Below are positions 15,001 to 30,000 of a stretch of 64,000 bases of DNA, one piece after another (position 1 is the stretch's first letter; each line of letters starts with the position of its first letter). The notes beneath the pieces are model-generated. The model did not search any database. It saw nothing but the letters and a program-made list of their open reading frames with translations, and was not told the DNA's origin. The stretch comes from Isurus oxyrinchus (Eukaryota). Location of the stretch: assembly GCA_026770705.1 (NCBI GenBank), contig JANJGN010000163.1, positions 248,001 through 312,000 of the forward strand, written 5' to 3'. A program made the position numbers and the translations under genes.

Positions 15001-18000
15001 ATTTGGGATGTCAACCTGGAATTGACAATCTCATTAGATATCAGACTTGGGATGTCAACCTGGAATTGACAATCTAATTAGATATCACACTTGGGATGTC
15101 AACTTGGAATTGACAATCTAATTAGATATCAAACTTTGGATGTCAACCTGGAATTGACAATCTAATTAGATATCAGACTTGGGATGTCAATCTGGAATTG
15201 ACAATCTAATTAGATATCAGACTTGGAGTGTCAACTTGGAATTGACAATCTAATTAGATATCACACTTGGGATGTCAACCTGGATTTGACAATCTAATTA
15301 GATATCAGACTTGGGATGTCAACCTGGAATTGACAATCTAATTAGATATCAAACTTGGGATGTCAACCTGGAATTGACAGTCTAATTAGATATCAGACTT
15401 GGGATGTCAACCTGGAATTGACAATCTAATTAGATATCAGACTTGGGATGTCAACCTGGAATTGACAATCTAATTAGATATCAGACTTGGGATGTCAACC
15501 TGGAATTGACAATCTAATTAGATATCAGACTTGGGATGTCAACCTGGAATTGACAATCTAATTAGATATCAAACTTGGGATGTCAACCTGGAATTGACGA
15601 TCTAATTAGATATCAGACTTGGGATGTCAACCTGGAATTGACAATCTAATTAGATATCACACTTGGGATGTCAACCTGGATTTGACAATCTAATTCGATA
15701 TCAGACTTGGGATGTCAACCTGGAATTGACAATCTCATTAGATATCAGACTTGGGATGTCAACCTGGAATTGACAATCTAATTAGATATCAGACTTGGGA
15801 TGTCACCCTGGAATTGACAATCTCATTAGATATCAGACTTGGGATGTCAACCTGGAATTGACAATCTAATTAGATATCAGACTTGGGATGTCAACTTGGA
15901 ATTGACAATCTAATTAGATATCAAACTTGGGATGTCAACCTGGAATTGACAATCTAATTAGATATCAGACTTGGGATGTCAATCTGGAATTGACAATCTA
16001 ATTAGATATCAGACTTGGGATGTCAACCTGGAATTGACAATCTAATTAGATATCAAACTTGGGATGTCAACCTGGAATTGACAATCTAATTAGATATCAG
16101 ACTTGGGATGTCAACCTGGAATTTACAATCTAATTAGATATCAAACTTGGGATGTCAACCTAGAATTGACAATCTAATTAGATATCATACTTGGGATGTC
16201 AACCTGGAATTGACAATCTAATTAGATATGAAACTTGGGATGTCAACCTGGAATTGACAATATAATTAGATATCAGACTTGGGATGTCAACCTGGAATTG
16301 ACAATCTAATTAGATATCAGACTTGGGATGTCAACCTGGAATTGAGAATCTAATTAGATATCAGTCTTGGGATGTCAACTTTGAATTGACAATCTAATTA
16401 GATATCAAACTTGGGATGTCAACCTGGAATTGACGATCTAATTAGATATCAGACTTGGGATGTCAACCTGGAATTGACAATCTAATTAGATATCACACTT
16501 GGGATGTCAACCTGGATTTGACAATCTAATTAGATAACAGACTTGGGATGTCAACCTGGAATTGACAATCTAATTAGATATCAGACTTGGGATGTCAACC
16601 TGGAATTGACAATCTCATTAGATATCAGACTTGGGATGTCAACCTGGAATTGACAATCTAATTAGATATCAGACTTGGGATGTCAACTTGGAATTGACAA
16701 TCTAATTAGCTATCAAACTTGGGATGTCAACCTGGAATTGACAATCTAATTAGATATCAGACTTGGGATGTCAATCTGGAATTGACAATCTAATTAGATA
16801 TCAGACTTGGAGTGTCAACTTGGAATTGACAATCTAATTAGATATCACACTTGGGATGTCAACCTGGATTTGACAATCTAATTAGATATCAGACTTGGGA
16901 TGTCAACCTGGAATTGTCAATCTCATTAGATATCAAACTTGGGATGTCAACCTGGAATTGACAATCTAATTAGATATCAGACTTGGGATGTCAACCTGGA
17001 ATTGACAATCTAATTAGATATCAGACTTGGGATGTCAACCAGGAATTGACAATCTAATTAGATATCAGACTTGGGATGTCAACCTGGAATTGACAATCTA
17101 ATTAGATATCAGACTTGGGATGTCAACCTGGAATTGACAATCTAATTAGATATCAAACTTGGGATGTCAACCTGGAATTGACGATCTAATTAGATATCAG
17201 ACTTGGGATGTCAACCTGGAATTGACAATCTAATTAGATATCAGACTTGGGATGTCAACCTGGATTTGACAATCTAATTAGATATCAGACTTGGGATGTC
17301 AACCTGGAATTGACAATCTCATTAGATATCAGACTTGGGATGTCAACCTGGAATTGACAATCTCATTAGATATCAGACTTGGGATGTCAAGCTGGAATTG
17401 ACAATCTAATTAGATATCAGACTTGGGATGTCAACTTGGAATTGACAATCTAATTAGATATCAAACTTGGGATGTCAACCTGGAATTGACAATCTAATTA
17501 GATATCAGACTTGGGATGTCAATCTGGAATTGACAATCTAATTAGATATCAAACTTGGGATGTCAACCTGGAATTGACAATCTAATTAGATATCAAACTT
17601 GGGATGTCAACTTGGAATTGACAATCTAATTAGATATCAAACTTGGGCTGTCAACCTGGAATTGACAATCTAATTAGATATCAAACTTGGGATGTCAACC
17701 TGGAATTGACAATCTAATTAGATATCAGACTTGGGATGTCAACCTGGAATTGACAATCTAATTAGATATCAAAATTGGGATGTCAACCTAGAATTGACAA
17801 TCTAATTAGATATCAGACTTGGGATGTCAACCTGGAATTGACAATCTAATTAGATATCAGACTTGGGATATCAACCTGGAACTGACAATCTAATTAGATA
17901 TCAGACTTGGGATGTCAACCTGGAATTGACAATCTAATTAGATATCAGACTTGGGATGTCAACCTGGAATTGACAATCTCATTAGATATCAGACTTGGGA

Positions 18001-21000
18001 TGTCAACCTGGAATTGACAATCTAATTAGATATCAGACTTGGGATGTCAACCTGGAATTGACAATCTAATTAGATATCAGACTTGGGATGTCAACTTGGA
18101 ATTGACAATCTAATTAGATATCAGACTTGGCATGTCAACCTGGAATTGACAATCTAATTAGAAATCAGACTTGGGATGTCAACTTGGAATTGACAATCTA
18201 ATTAGATATCAGACTTGGGATGTCAACCTGGAATTGACAATCTAATTAGATATCAGACTTGGGATGTCAACTTGGAATTGACAATCTAATTAGATATCAG
18301 ACTTGGGATGTCAACCTGGAATTGACAATCTAATTAGATATCAGACTTGGGATGTCAACTTGGAATTGACAATCTAATTAGATATCACACTTGGGATGTC
18401 AACCTGGATTTGACAATCTAATTAGATATCAGACTTGGGATGTCAACTTGGAATTGACAATCTAATTAGATATCAGACTTGGGATGTCAACCTGGAATTG
18501 ACAATCTAATTAGAAATCAGACTTGGGATGTCGACTTGGAATTGACAATCTAATTAGATATCAGACTTGGGATGTCAATCTGGAATTGACAATCTAATTA
18601 GATATCAGACTTGGGATGTCAACCTGCTATTGACAATCTAATTAGATATCAGACTTGGGATGTCAAGTTGGAATTGACAATCTAATTAGATATCAAACTT
18701 GGGATGTCAACCTGGAATTGACAATCTAATTAGATATCAGACTTGGGATGTCAACCTGGAATTTACAATCTAATTAGATATCAAACTTGGGATGTCAACC
18801 TAGAATTGACAATCTAATTAGATATCATACTTGGGATGTCAACCTGGAATTGACAATCTAATTAGATATGAAACTTGGGATGTCAACCTGGAATTGACAA
18901 TATAATTAGATATCAGACTTGGGATGTCAACCTGGAATTGACAATCTAATTAGATATCAGACTTGGGATGTCAACCTGGAATTGAGAATCTAATTAGATA
19001 TCAGTCTTGGGATGTCAACTTTGAATTGACAATCTAATTAGATATCAAACTTGGGATGTCAACCTGGAATTGACGATCTAATTAGATATCAGACTTGGGA
19101 TGTCAACCTGGAATTGACAATCTAATTAGATATCACACTTGGGATGTCAACCTGGATTTGACAATCTAATTAGATATCAGACTTGGGATGTCAACCTGGA
19201 ATTGACAATCTAATTAGATATCAGACTTGGGATGTCAACCTGGAATTGACAATCTCATTAGATATCAGACTTGGGATGTCAACCTGGAATTGACAATCTA
19301 ATTAGATATCAGACTTGGGATGTCAACTTGGAATTGACAATCTAATTAGCTATCAAACTTGGGATGTCAACCTGGAATTGACAATCTAATTAGATATCAG
19401 ACTTGGGATGTCAATCTGGAATTGACAATCTAATTAGATATCAGACTTGGAGTGTCAACTTGGAATTGACAATCTAATTAGATATCACACTTGGGATGTC
19501 AACCTGGATTTGACAATCTAATTAGATATCAGACTTGGGATGTCAACCTGGAATTGTCAATCTCATTAGATATCAAACTTGGGATGTCAACCTGGAATTG
19601 ACAATCTAATTAGATATCAGACTTGGGATGTCAACCTGGAATTGACAATCTAATTAGATATCAGACTTGGGATGTCAACCAGGAATTGACAATCTAATTA
19701 GATATCAGACTTGGGATGTCAACCTGGAATTGACAATCTAATTAGATATCAGACTTGGGATGTCAACCTGGAATTGACAATCTAATTAGATATCAAACTT
19801 GGGATGTCAACCTGGAATTGACGATCTAATTAGATATCAGACTTGGGATGTCAACCTGGAATTGACAATCTAATTAGATATCAGACTTGGGATGTCAACC
19901 TGGATTTGACAATCTAATTAGATATCAGACTTGGGATGTCAACCTGGAATTGACAATCTCATTAGATATCAGACTTGGGATGTCAACCTGGAATTGACAA
20001 TCTCATTAGATATCAGACTTGGGATGTCAAGCTGGAATTGACAATCTAATTAGATATCAGACTTGGGATGTCAACTTGGAATTGACAATCTAATTAGATA
20101 TCAAACTTGGGATGTCAACCTGGAATTGACAATCTAATTAGATATCAGACTTGGGATGTCAATCTGGAATTGACAATCTAATTAGATATCAAACTTGGGA
20201 TGTCAACCTGGAATTGACAATCTAATTAGATATCAAACTTGGGATGTCAACTTGGAATTGACAATCTAATTAGATATCAAACTTGGGCTGTCAACCTGGA
20301 ATTGACAATCTAATTAGATATCAAACTTGGGATGTCAACCTGGAATTGACAATCTAATTAGATATCAGACTTGGGATGTCAACCTGGAATTGACAATCTA
20401 ATTAGATATCAAAATTGGGATGTCAACCTAGAATTGACAATCTAATTAGATATCAGACTTGGGATGTCAACCTGGAATTGACAATCTAATTAGATATCAG
20501 ACTTGGGATATCAACCTGGAACTGACAATCTAATTAGATATCAGACTTGGGATGTCAACCTGGAATTGACAATCTAATTAGATATCAGACTTGGGATGTC
20601 AACCTGGAATTGACAATCTCATTAGATATCAGACTTGGGATGTCAACCTGGAATTGACAATCTAATTAGATATCAGACTTGGGATGTCAACCTGGAATTG
20701 ACAATCTAATTAGATATCAGACTTGGGATGTCAACTTGGAATTGACAATCTAATTAGATATCAGACTTGGCATGTCAACCTGGAATTGACAATCTAATTA
20801 GAAATCAGACTTGGGATGTCAACTTGGAATTGACAATCTAATTAGATATCAGACTTGGGATGTCAACCTGGAATTGACAATCTAATTAGATATCAGACTT
20901 GGGATGTCAACTTGGAATTGACAATCTAATTAGATATCAGACTTGGGATGTCAACCTGGAATTGACAATCTAATTAGATATCAGACTTGGGATGTCAACT

Positions 21001-24000
21001 TGGAATTGACAATCTAATTAGATATCACACTTGGGATGTCAACCTGGATTTGACAATCTAATTAGATATCAGACTTGGGATGTCAACTTGGAATTGACAA
21101 TCTAATTAGATATCAGACTTGGGATGTCAACCTGGAATTGACAATCTAATTAGAAATCAGACTTGGGATGTCGACTTGGAATTGACAATCTAATTAGATA
21201 TCAGACTTGGGATGTCAATCTGGAATTGACAATCTAATTAGATATCAGACTTGGGATGTCAACCTGCTATTGACAATCTAATTAGATATCAGACTTGGGA
21301 TGTCAAGTTGGAATTGACAATCTAATTAGATATCAAACTTGGGATGTCAACCTGGAATTGACAATCTAATTAGATATCAAAATTGGGATGTCAACTTGGA
21401 ATTGACAATCTAATTAGATATCAGACTTGGGATGTCAACCTGGAATTGACAATCTAATTAGATATCAAACTTGGGATGTCAACCTGGAATTGACAATCTA
21501 ATTAGATATCAGACTTGGGATGTCAACCTGGAATTGACAATCTAATTAGATATCAGACTTGGGATGTCAACCTGGAATTGACAATCTAATTAGATATCAA
21601 ACTTGGGATGTCAACCTAGAATTGACAATCTAATTAGATATCAGACTTGGGATGTCAACCTAGAATTGACAATCTAATTAGATAACAGACTTGGGATGTC
21701 AACCTGGAATTGACAATCTAATTAGATATCACACTTGGGATGTCAACCTGGATTTGACAATCTAATTAGATATCAGACTTGGGATGTCAACCTGGAATTG
21801 ACAATCTAATTAGATATCAGACTTGGGATGTCAACCTGGAATTGACAATCTCATTAGATATCAGACTTGGGATGTCAACCTGGAATTGACAATCTAATTA
21901 GATATCAGACTTGGGATGTCAACCTGGAATTGACAATCTAATTAGATATCAGACTTGGGATGTCAACCTGGAATTGACAATCTAATTAGATATCAGACTT
22001 GGGATGTCAACCTGGAATTGACAATCTAATTAGATATCAGACTTGGGATGTCAACCTGGAATTGACAATCTAATTAGATATCAAACTTGGGATGTCAACC
22101 TGGAATTGACGATCTAATTAGATATCAGACTTGGGATGTCAACCTGGAATTGACAATCTAATTAGATGTCACACTTGGGATGTCAAGCTGGATTTGACAA
22201 TCTAATTAGATATCAGACTTGGGATGTCAACCTGGAATTGACAATCTAATTAGATATCAGATTTGGGATGTCAACCTGGAATTGACAATCTCATTAGATA
22301 TCAGACTTGGGATGTCAACCTGGAATTGACAATCTAATTAGATATCACACTTGGGATGTCAACTTGGAATTGACAATCTAATTAGATATCAAACTTTGGA
22401 TGTCAACCTGGAATTGACAATCTAATTAGATATCAGACTTGGGATGTCAATCTGGAATTGACAATCTAATTAGATATCAGACTTGGAGTGTCAACTTGGA
22501 ATTGACAATCTAATTAGATATCACACTTGGGATGTCAACCTGGATTTGACAATCTAATTAGATATCAGACTTGGGATGTCAACCTGGAATTGACAATCTA
22601 ATTAGATATCAAACTTGGGATGTCAACCTGGAATTGACAGTCTAATTAGATATCAGACTTGGGATGTCAACCTGGAATTGACAATCTAATTAGATATCAG
22701 ACTTGGGATGTCAACCTGGAATTGACAATCTAATTAGATATCAGACTTGGGATGTCAACCTGGAATTGACAATCTAATTAGATATCAGACTTGGGATGTC
22801 AACCTGGAATTGACAATCTAATTAGATATCAAACTTGGGATGTCAACCTGGAATTGACGATCTAATTAGATATCAGACTTGGGATGTCAACCTGGAATTG
22901 ACAATCTAATTAGATATCACACTTGGGATGTCAACCTGGATTTGACAATCTAATTCGATATCAGACTTGGGATGTCAACCTGGAATTGACAATCTCATTA
23001 GATATCAGACTTGGGATGTCAACCTGGAATTGACAATCTAATTAGATATCAGACTTGGGATGTCACCCTGGAATTGACAATCTCATTAGATATCAGACTT
23101 GGGATGTCAACCTGGAATTGACAATCTAATTAGATATCAGACTTGGGATGTCAACTTGGAATTGACAATCTAATTAGATATCAAACTTGGGATGTCAACC
23201 TGGAATTGACAATCTAATTAGATATCAGACTTGGGATGTCAATCTGGAATTGACAATCTAATTAGATATCAGACTTGGGATGTCAACCTGGAATTGACAA
23301 TCTAATTAGATATCAAACTTGGGATGTCAACCTGGAATTGACAATCTAATTAGATATCAGACTTGGGATGTCAACCTGGAATTTACAATCTAATTAGATA
23401 TCAAACTTGGGATGTCAACCTAGAATTGACAATCTAATTAGATATCATACTTGGGATGTCAACCTGGAATTGACAATCTAATTAGATATGAAACTTGGGA
23501 TGTCAACCTGGAATTGACAATATAATTAGATATCAGACTTGGGATGTCAACCTGGAATTGACAATCTAATTAGATATCAGACTTGGGATGTCAACCAGGA
23601 ATTGAGAATCTAATTAGATATCAGTCTTGGGATGTCAACTTTGAATTGACAATCTAATTAGATATCAAACTTGGGATGTCAACTTGGAATTGACGATCTA
23701 ATTAGATATCAGACTTGGGATGTCAACCTGGAATTGACAATCTAATTAGATATCACACTTGGGATGTCAACCTGGATTTGACAATCTAATTAGATATCAG
23801 ACTTGGGATGTCAACCTGGAATTGACAATCTAATTAGATATCAGACTTGGGATGTCAACCTGGAATTGACAATCTCATTAGATATCAGACTTGGGATGTC
23901 AACCTGGAATTGACAATCTAATTAGATATCAGACTTGGGATGTCAACTTGGAATTGACAATCTAATTAGCTATCAAACTTGGGATGTCAACCTGGAATTG

Positions 24001-27000
24001 ACAATCTAATTAGATATCAGACTTGGGATGTCAATCTGGAATTGACAATCTAATTAGATATCAGACTTGGAGTGTCAACTTGGAATTGACAATCTAATTA
24101 GATATCACACTTGGGATGTCAACCTGGATTTGACAATCTAATTAGATATCAGACTTGGGATGTCAACCTGGAATTGACAATCTCATTAGATATCAAACTT
24201 GGGATGTCAACCTGGAATTGACAATCTAATTAGATATCAGACTTGGGATGTCAACCTGGAATTGACAATCTAATTAGATATCAGACTTGGGATGTCAACC
24301 AGGAATTGACAATCTAATTAGATATCAGACTTGGGATGTCAACCTGGAATTGACAATCTAATTAGATATCAGACTTGGGATGTCAACCTGGAATTGACAA
24401 TCTAATTAGATATCAGACTTGGGATGTCAACCTGGAATTGACAATCTCATTAGATATCAGACTTGGGATGTCAACCTGGAATTGACAATCTAATTAGATA
24501 TCAGACTTGGGATGTCAACCTGGAATTGACAATCTAATTAGATATCAGACTTGGGATGTCAACTTGGAATTGACAATCTAATTAGATATCAGACTTGGCA
24601 TGTCAACCTGGAATTGACAATCTAATTAGAAATCAGACTTGGGATGTCAACTTGGAATTGACAATCTAATTAGATATCAGACTTGGGATGTCAACCTGGA
24701 ATTGACAATCTAATTAGATATCAGACTTGGGATGTCAACTTGGAATTGACAATCTAATTAGATATCAGACTTGGGATGTCAACCTGGAATTGACAATCTA
24801 ATTAGATATCAGACTTGGGATGTCAACTTGGAATTGACAATCTAATTAGATATCACACTTGGGATGTCAACCTGGATTTGACAATCTAATTAGATATCAG
24901 ACTTGGGATGTCAACTTGGAATTGACAATCTAATTAGATATCAGACTTGGGATGTCAACCTGGAATTGACAATCTAATTAGAAATCAGACTTGGGATGTC
25001 GACTTGGAATTGACAATCTAATTAGATATCAGACTTGGGATGTCAATCTGGAATTGACAATCTAATTAGATATCAGACTTGGGATGTCAACCTGCTATTG
25101 ACAATCTAATTAGATATCAGACTTGGGATGTCAAGTTGGAATTGACAATCTAATTAGATATCAAACTTGGGATGTCAACCTGGAATTGACAATCTAATTA
25201 GATATCAAAATTGGGATGTCAACTTGGAATTGACAATCTAATTAGATATCAGACTTGGGATGTCAACCTGGAATTGACAATCTAATTAGATATCAAACTT
25301 GGGATGTCAACCTGGAATTGACAATCTAATTAGATATCAGACTTGGGATGTCAACCTGGAATTGACAATCTAATTAGATATCAGACTTGGGATGTCAACC
25401 TGGAATTGACAATCTAATTAGATATCAAACTTGGGATGTCAACCTAGAATTGACAATCTAATTAGATATCAGACTTGGGATGTCAACCTAGAATTGACAA
25501 TCTAATTAGATAACAGACTTGGGATGTCAACCTGGAATTGACAATCTAATTAGATATCACACTTGGGATGTCAACCTGGATTTGACAATCTAATTAGATA
25601 TCAGACTTGGGATGTCAACCTGGAATTGACAATCTAATTAGATATCAGACTTGGGATGTCAACCTGGAATTGACAATCTCATTAGATATCAGACTTGGGA
25701 TGTCAACCTGGAATTGACAATCTAATTAGATATCAGACTTGGGATGTCAACCTGGAATTGACAATCTAATTAGATATCAGACTTGGGATGTCAACCTGGA
25801 ATTGACAATCTAATTAGATATCAGACTTGGGATGTCAACCTGGAATTGACAATCTAATTAGATATCAGACTTGGGATGTCAACCTGGAATTGACAATCTA
25901 ATTAGATATCAAACTTGGGATGTCAACCTGGAATTGACGATCTAATTAGATATCAGACTTGGGATGTCAACCTGGAATTGACAATCTAATTAGATGTCAC
26001 ACTTGGGATGTCAAGCTGGATTTGACAATCTAATTAGATATCAGACTTGGGATGTCAACCTGGAATTGACAATCTAATTAGATATCAGATTTGGGATGTC
26101 AACCTGGAATTGACAATCTCATTAGATATCAGACTTGGGATGTCAACCTGGAATTGACAATCTAATTAGATATCACACTTGGGATGTCAACTTGGAATTG
26201 ACAATCTAATTAGATATCAAACTTTGGATGTCAACCTGGAATTGACAATCTAATTAGATATCAGACTTGGGATGTCAATCTGGAATTGACAATCTAATTA
26301 GATATCAGACTTGGAGTGTCAACTTGGAATTGACAATCTAATTAGATATCACACTTGGGATGTCAACCTGGATTTGACAATCTAATTAGATATCAGACTT
26401 GGGATGTCAACCTGGAATTGACAATCTAATTAGATATCAAACTTGGGATGTCAACCTGGAATTGACAGTCTAATTAGATATCAGACTTGGGATGTCAACC
26501 TGGAATTGACAATCTAATTAGATATCAGACTTGGGATGTCAACCTGGAATTGACAATCTAATTAGATATCAGACTTGGGATGTCAACCTGGAATTGACAA
26601 TCTAATTAGATATCAGACTTGGGATGTCAACCTGGAATTGACAATCTAATTAGATATCAAACTTGGGATGTCAACCTGGAATTGACGATCTAATTAGATA
26701 TCAGACTTGGGATGTCAACCTGGAATTGACAATCTAATTAGATATCACACTTGGGATGTCAACCTGGATTTGACAATCTAATTCGATATCAGACTTGGGA
26801 TGTCAACCTGGAATTGACAATCTCATTAGATATCAGACTTGGGATGTCAACCTGGAATTGACAATCTAATTAGATATCAGACTTGGGATGTCACCCTGGA
26901 ATTGACAATCTCATTAGATATCAGACTTGGGATGTCAACCTGGAATTGACAATCTAATTAGATATCAGACTTGGGATGTCAACTTGGAATTGACAATCTA

Positions 27001-30000
27001 ATTAGATATCAAACTTGGGATGTCAACCTGGAATTGACAATCTAATTAGATATCAGACTTGGGATGTCAATCTGGAATTGACAATCTAATTAGATATCAG
27101 ACTTGGGATGTCAACCTGGAATTGACAATCTAATTAGATATCAAACTTGGGATGTCAACCTGGAATTGACAATCTAATTAGATATCAGACTTGGGATGTC
27201 AACCTGGAATTTACAATCTAATTAGATATCAAACTTGGGATGTCAACCTAGAATTGACAATCTAATTAGATATCATACTTGGGATGTCAACCTGGAATTG
27301 ACAATCTAATTAGATATGAAACTTGGGATGTCAACCTGGAATTGACAATATAATTAGATATCAGACTTGGGATGTCAACCTGGAATTGACAATCTAATTA
27401 GATATCAGACTTGGGATGTCAACCAGGAATTGAGAATCTAATTAGATATCAGTCTTGGGATGTCAACTTTGAATTGACAATCTAATTAGATATCAAACTT
27501 GGGATGTCAACTTGGAATTGACGATCTAATTAGATATCAGACTTGGGATGTCAACCTGGAATTGACAATCTAATTAGATATCACACTTGGGATGTCAACC
27601 TGGATTTGACAATCTAATTAGATATCAGACTTGGGATGTCAACCTGGAATTGACAATCTAATTAGATATCAGACTTGGGATGTCAACCTGGAATTGACAA
27701 TCTCATTAGATATCAGACTTGGGATGTCAACCTGGAATTGACAATCTAATTAGATATCAGACTTGGGATGTCAACTTGGAATTGACAATCTAATTAGCTA
27801 TCAAACTTGGGATGTCAACCTGGAATTGACAATCTAATTAGATATCAGACTTGGGATGTCAATCTGGAATTGACAATCTAATTAGATATCAGACTTGGAG
27901 TGTCAACTTGGAATTGACAATCTAATTAGATATCACACTTGGGATGTCAACCTGGATTTGACAATCTAATTAGATATCAGACTTGGGATGTCAACCTGGA
28001 ATTGACAATCTCATTAGATATCAAACTTGGGATGTCAACCTGGAATTGACAATCTAATTAGATATCAGACTTGGGATGTCAACCTGGAATTGACAATCTA
28101 ATTAGATATCAGACTTGGGATGTCAACCAGGAATTGACAATCTAATTAGATATCAGACTTGGGATGTCAACCTGGAATTGACAATCTAATTAGATATCAG
28201 ACTTGGGATGTCAACCTGGAATTGACAATCTAATTAGATATCAAACTTGGGATGTCAACCTGGAATTGACGATCTAATTAGATATCAGACTTGGGATGTC
28301 AACCTGGAATTGACAATCTAATTAGATATCAGACTTGGGATGTCAACCTGGATTTGACAATCTAATTAGATATCAGACTTGGGATGTCAACCTGGAATTG
28401 ACAATCTCATTAGATATCAGACTTGGGATGTCAACCTGGAATTGACAATCTCATTAGATATCAGACTTGGGATGTCAACCTGGAATTGACAATCTAATTA
28501 GATATCAGACTTGGGATGTCAACTTGGAATTGACAATCTAATTAGATATCAAACTTGGGATGTCAACCTGGAATTGACAATCTAATTAGATATCAGACTT
28601 GGGATGTCAATCTGGAATTGACAATCTAATTAGATATCAAACTTGGGATGTCAACCTGGAATTGACAATCTAATTAGATATCAAACTTGGGATGTCAACT
28701 TGGAATTGACAATCTAATTAGATATCAGACTTGGGATGTCAACCTGGAATTGACAATCTAATTAGATATCAAAATTGGGATGTCAACCTAGAATTGACAT
28801 TCTAATTAGATATCAGACTTGGGATGTCAACCTGGAATTGACAATCTAATTAGACATCACACTTGGGATATCAACCTGGAATTGAAAATCTAATTAGATA
28901 TCAGACTTGGGATGTCAACCTGGAATTGACAATCTAATTAGATATCAGACTTGGGATGTCAACCTGGAATTGACAATCTCATTAGATATCAGACTTGGGA
29001 TGTCAACCTGGAATTGACAATCTAATTAGATATCAAACTTGGGATGTCAACCTGGAATTGACAATCTAATTAGATATCAGACTTGGGATGTCAACCTGGA
29101 ATTGACAATCTAATTAGATATCACACTTGGGATGTCAACCTGGATTTGACAATCTAATTAGATATCAGACTTGGGATGTCAACCTGGAATTGACAATCTA
29201 ATTAGATATCAGACTTGGGATGTCAACCTGGAATTGACAATCTCATTAGATATCAGACTTGGGATGTCAACCTGGAATTGACAATCTAATTAGATATCAG
29301 ACTTGGGATGTCAACTTGGAATTGACAATCTAATTAGATATCAAACTTGGGATGTCAACCTGGAATTGACAATCTAATTAGATATCAGACTTGGGATGTC
29401 AATCTGGAATTGACAATCTAATTAGATATCAGACTTGGGGTGTCAACTTGGAATTGACAATCTAATTAGATATCAAACTTGGGATGTCAACCTGGAATTG
29501 ACAATCTAATTCGATATCAAACTTGGGATGTCAACTTGGAATTGACAATCTAATTAGATATCAAACTTGGGATGTCAACCTTGAATTGACAATCTAATTA
29601 GATATCAAACTTGGGATGTCAACCTGGAATTGACAATCTAATTAGATATCAGACTTGGGATGTCAACCTGGAATTGACAATCTAATTAGATATCAAAATT
29701 GGGATGTCAACCTAGAATTGACAATCTAATTAGATATCAGACTTGGGATGTCAACCTGGAATTGACAATCTAATTAGATATCACTCTTGGGATATCAACC
29801 TGGAATTGACAATCTAATTAGATATCAGACTTGGGATGTCAACCTGGAATTGACAATCTAATTAGATATCAGACTTGGGATCTCAACCTGGAATTGACAA
29901 TCTAATTAGAAATCAGACTTGGGATGTCAACTTGGAATTGACAATCTAATTAGATATCACTCCTGGGATGTCAACCTGGATTTGACAATCTAATTAGATA

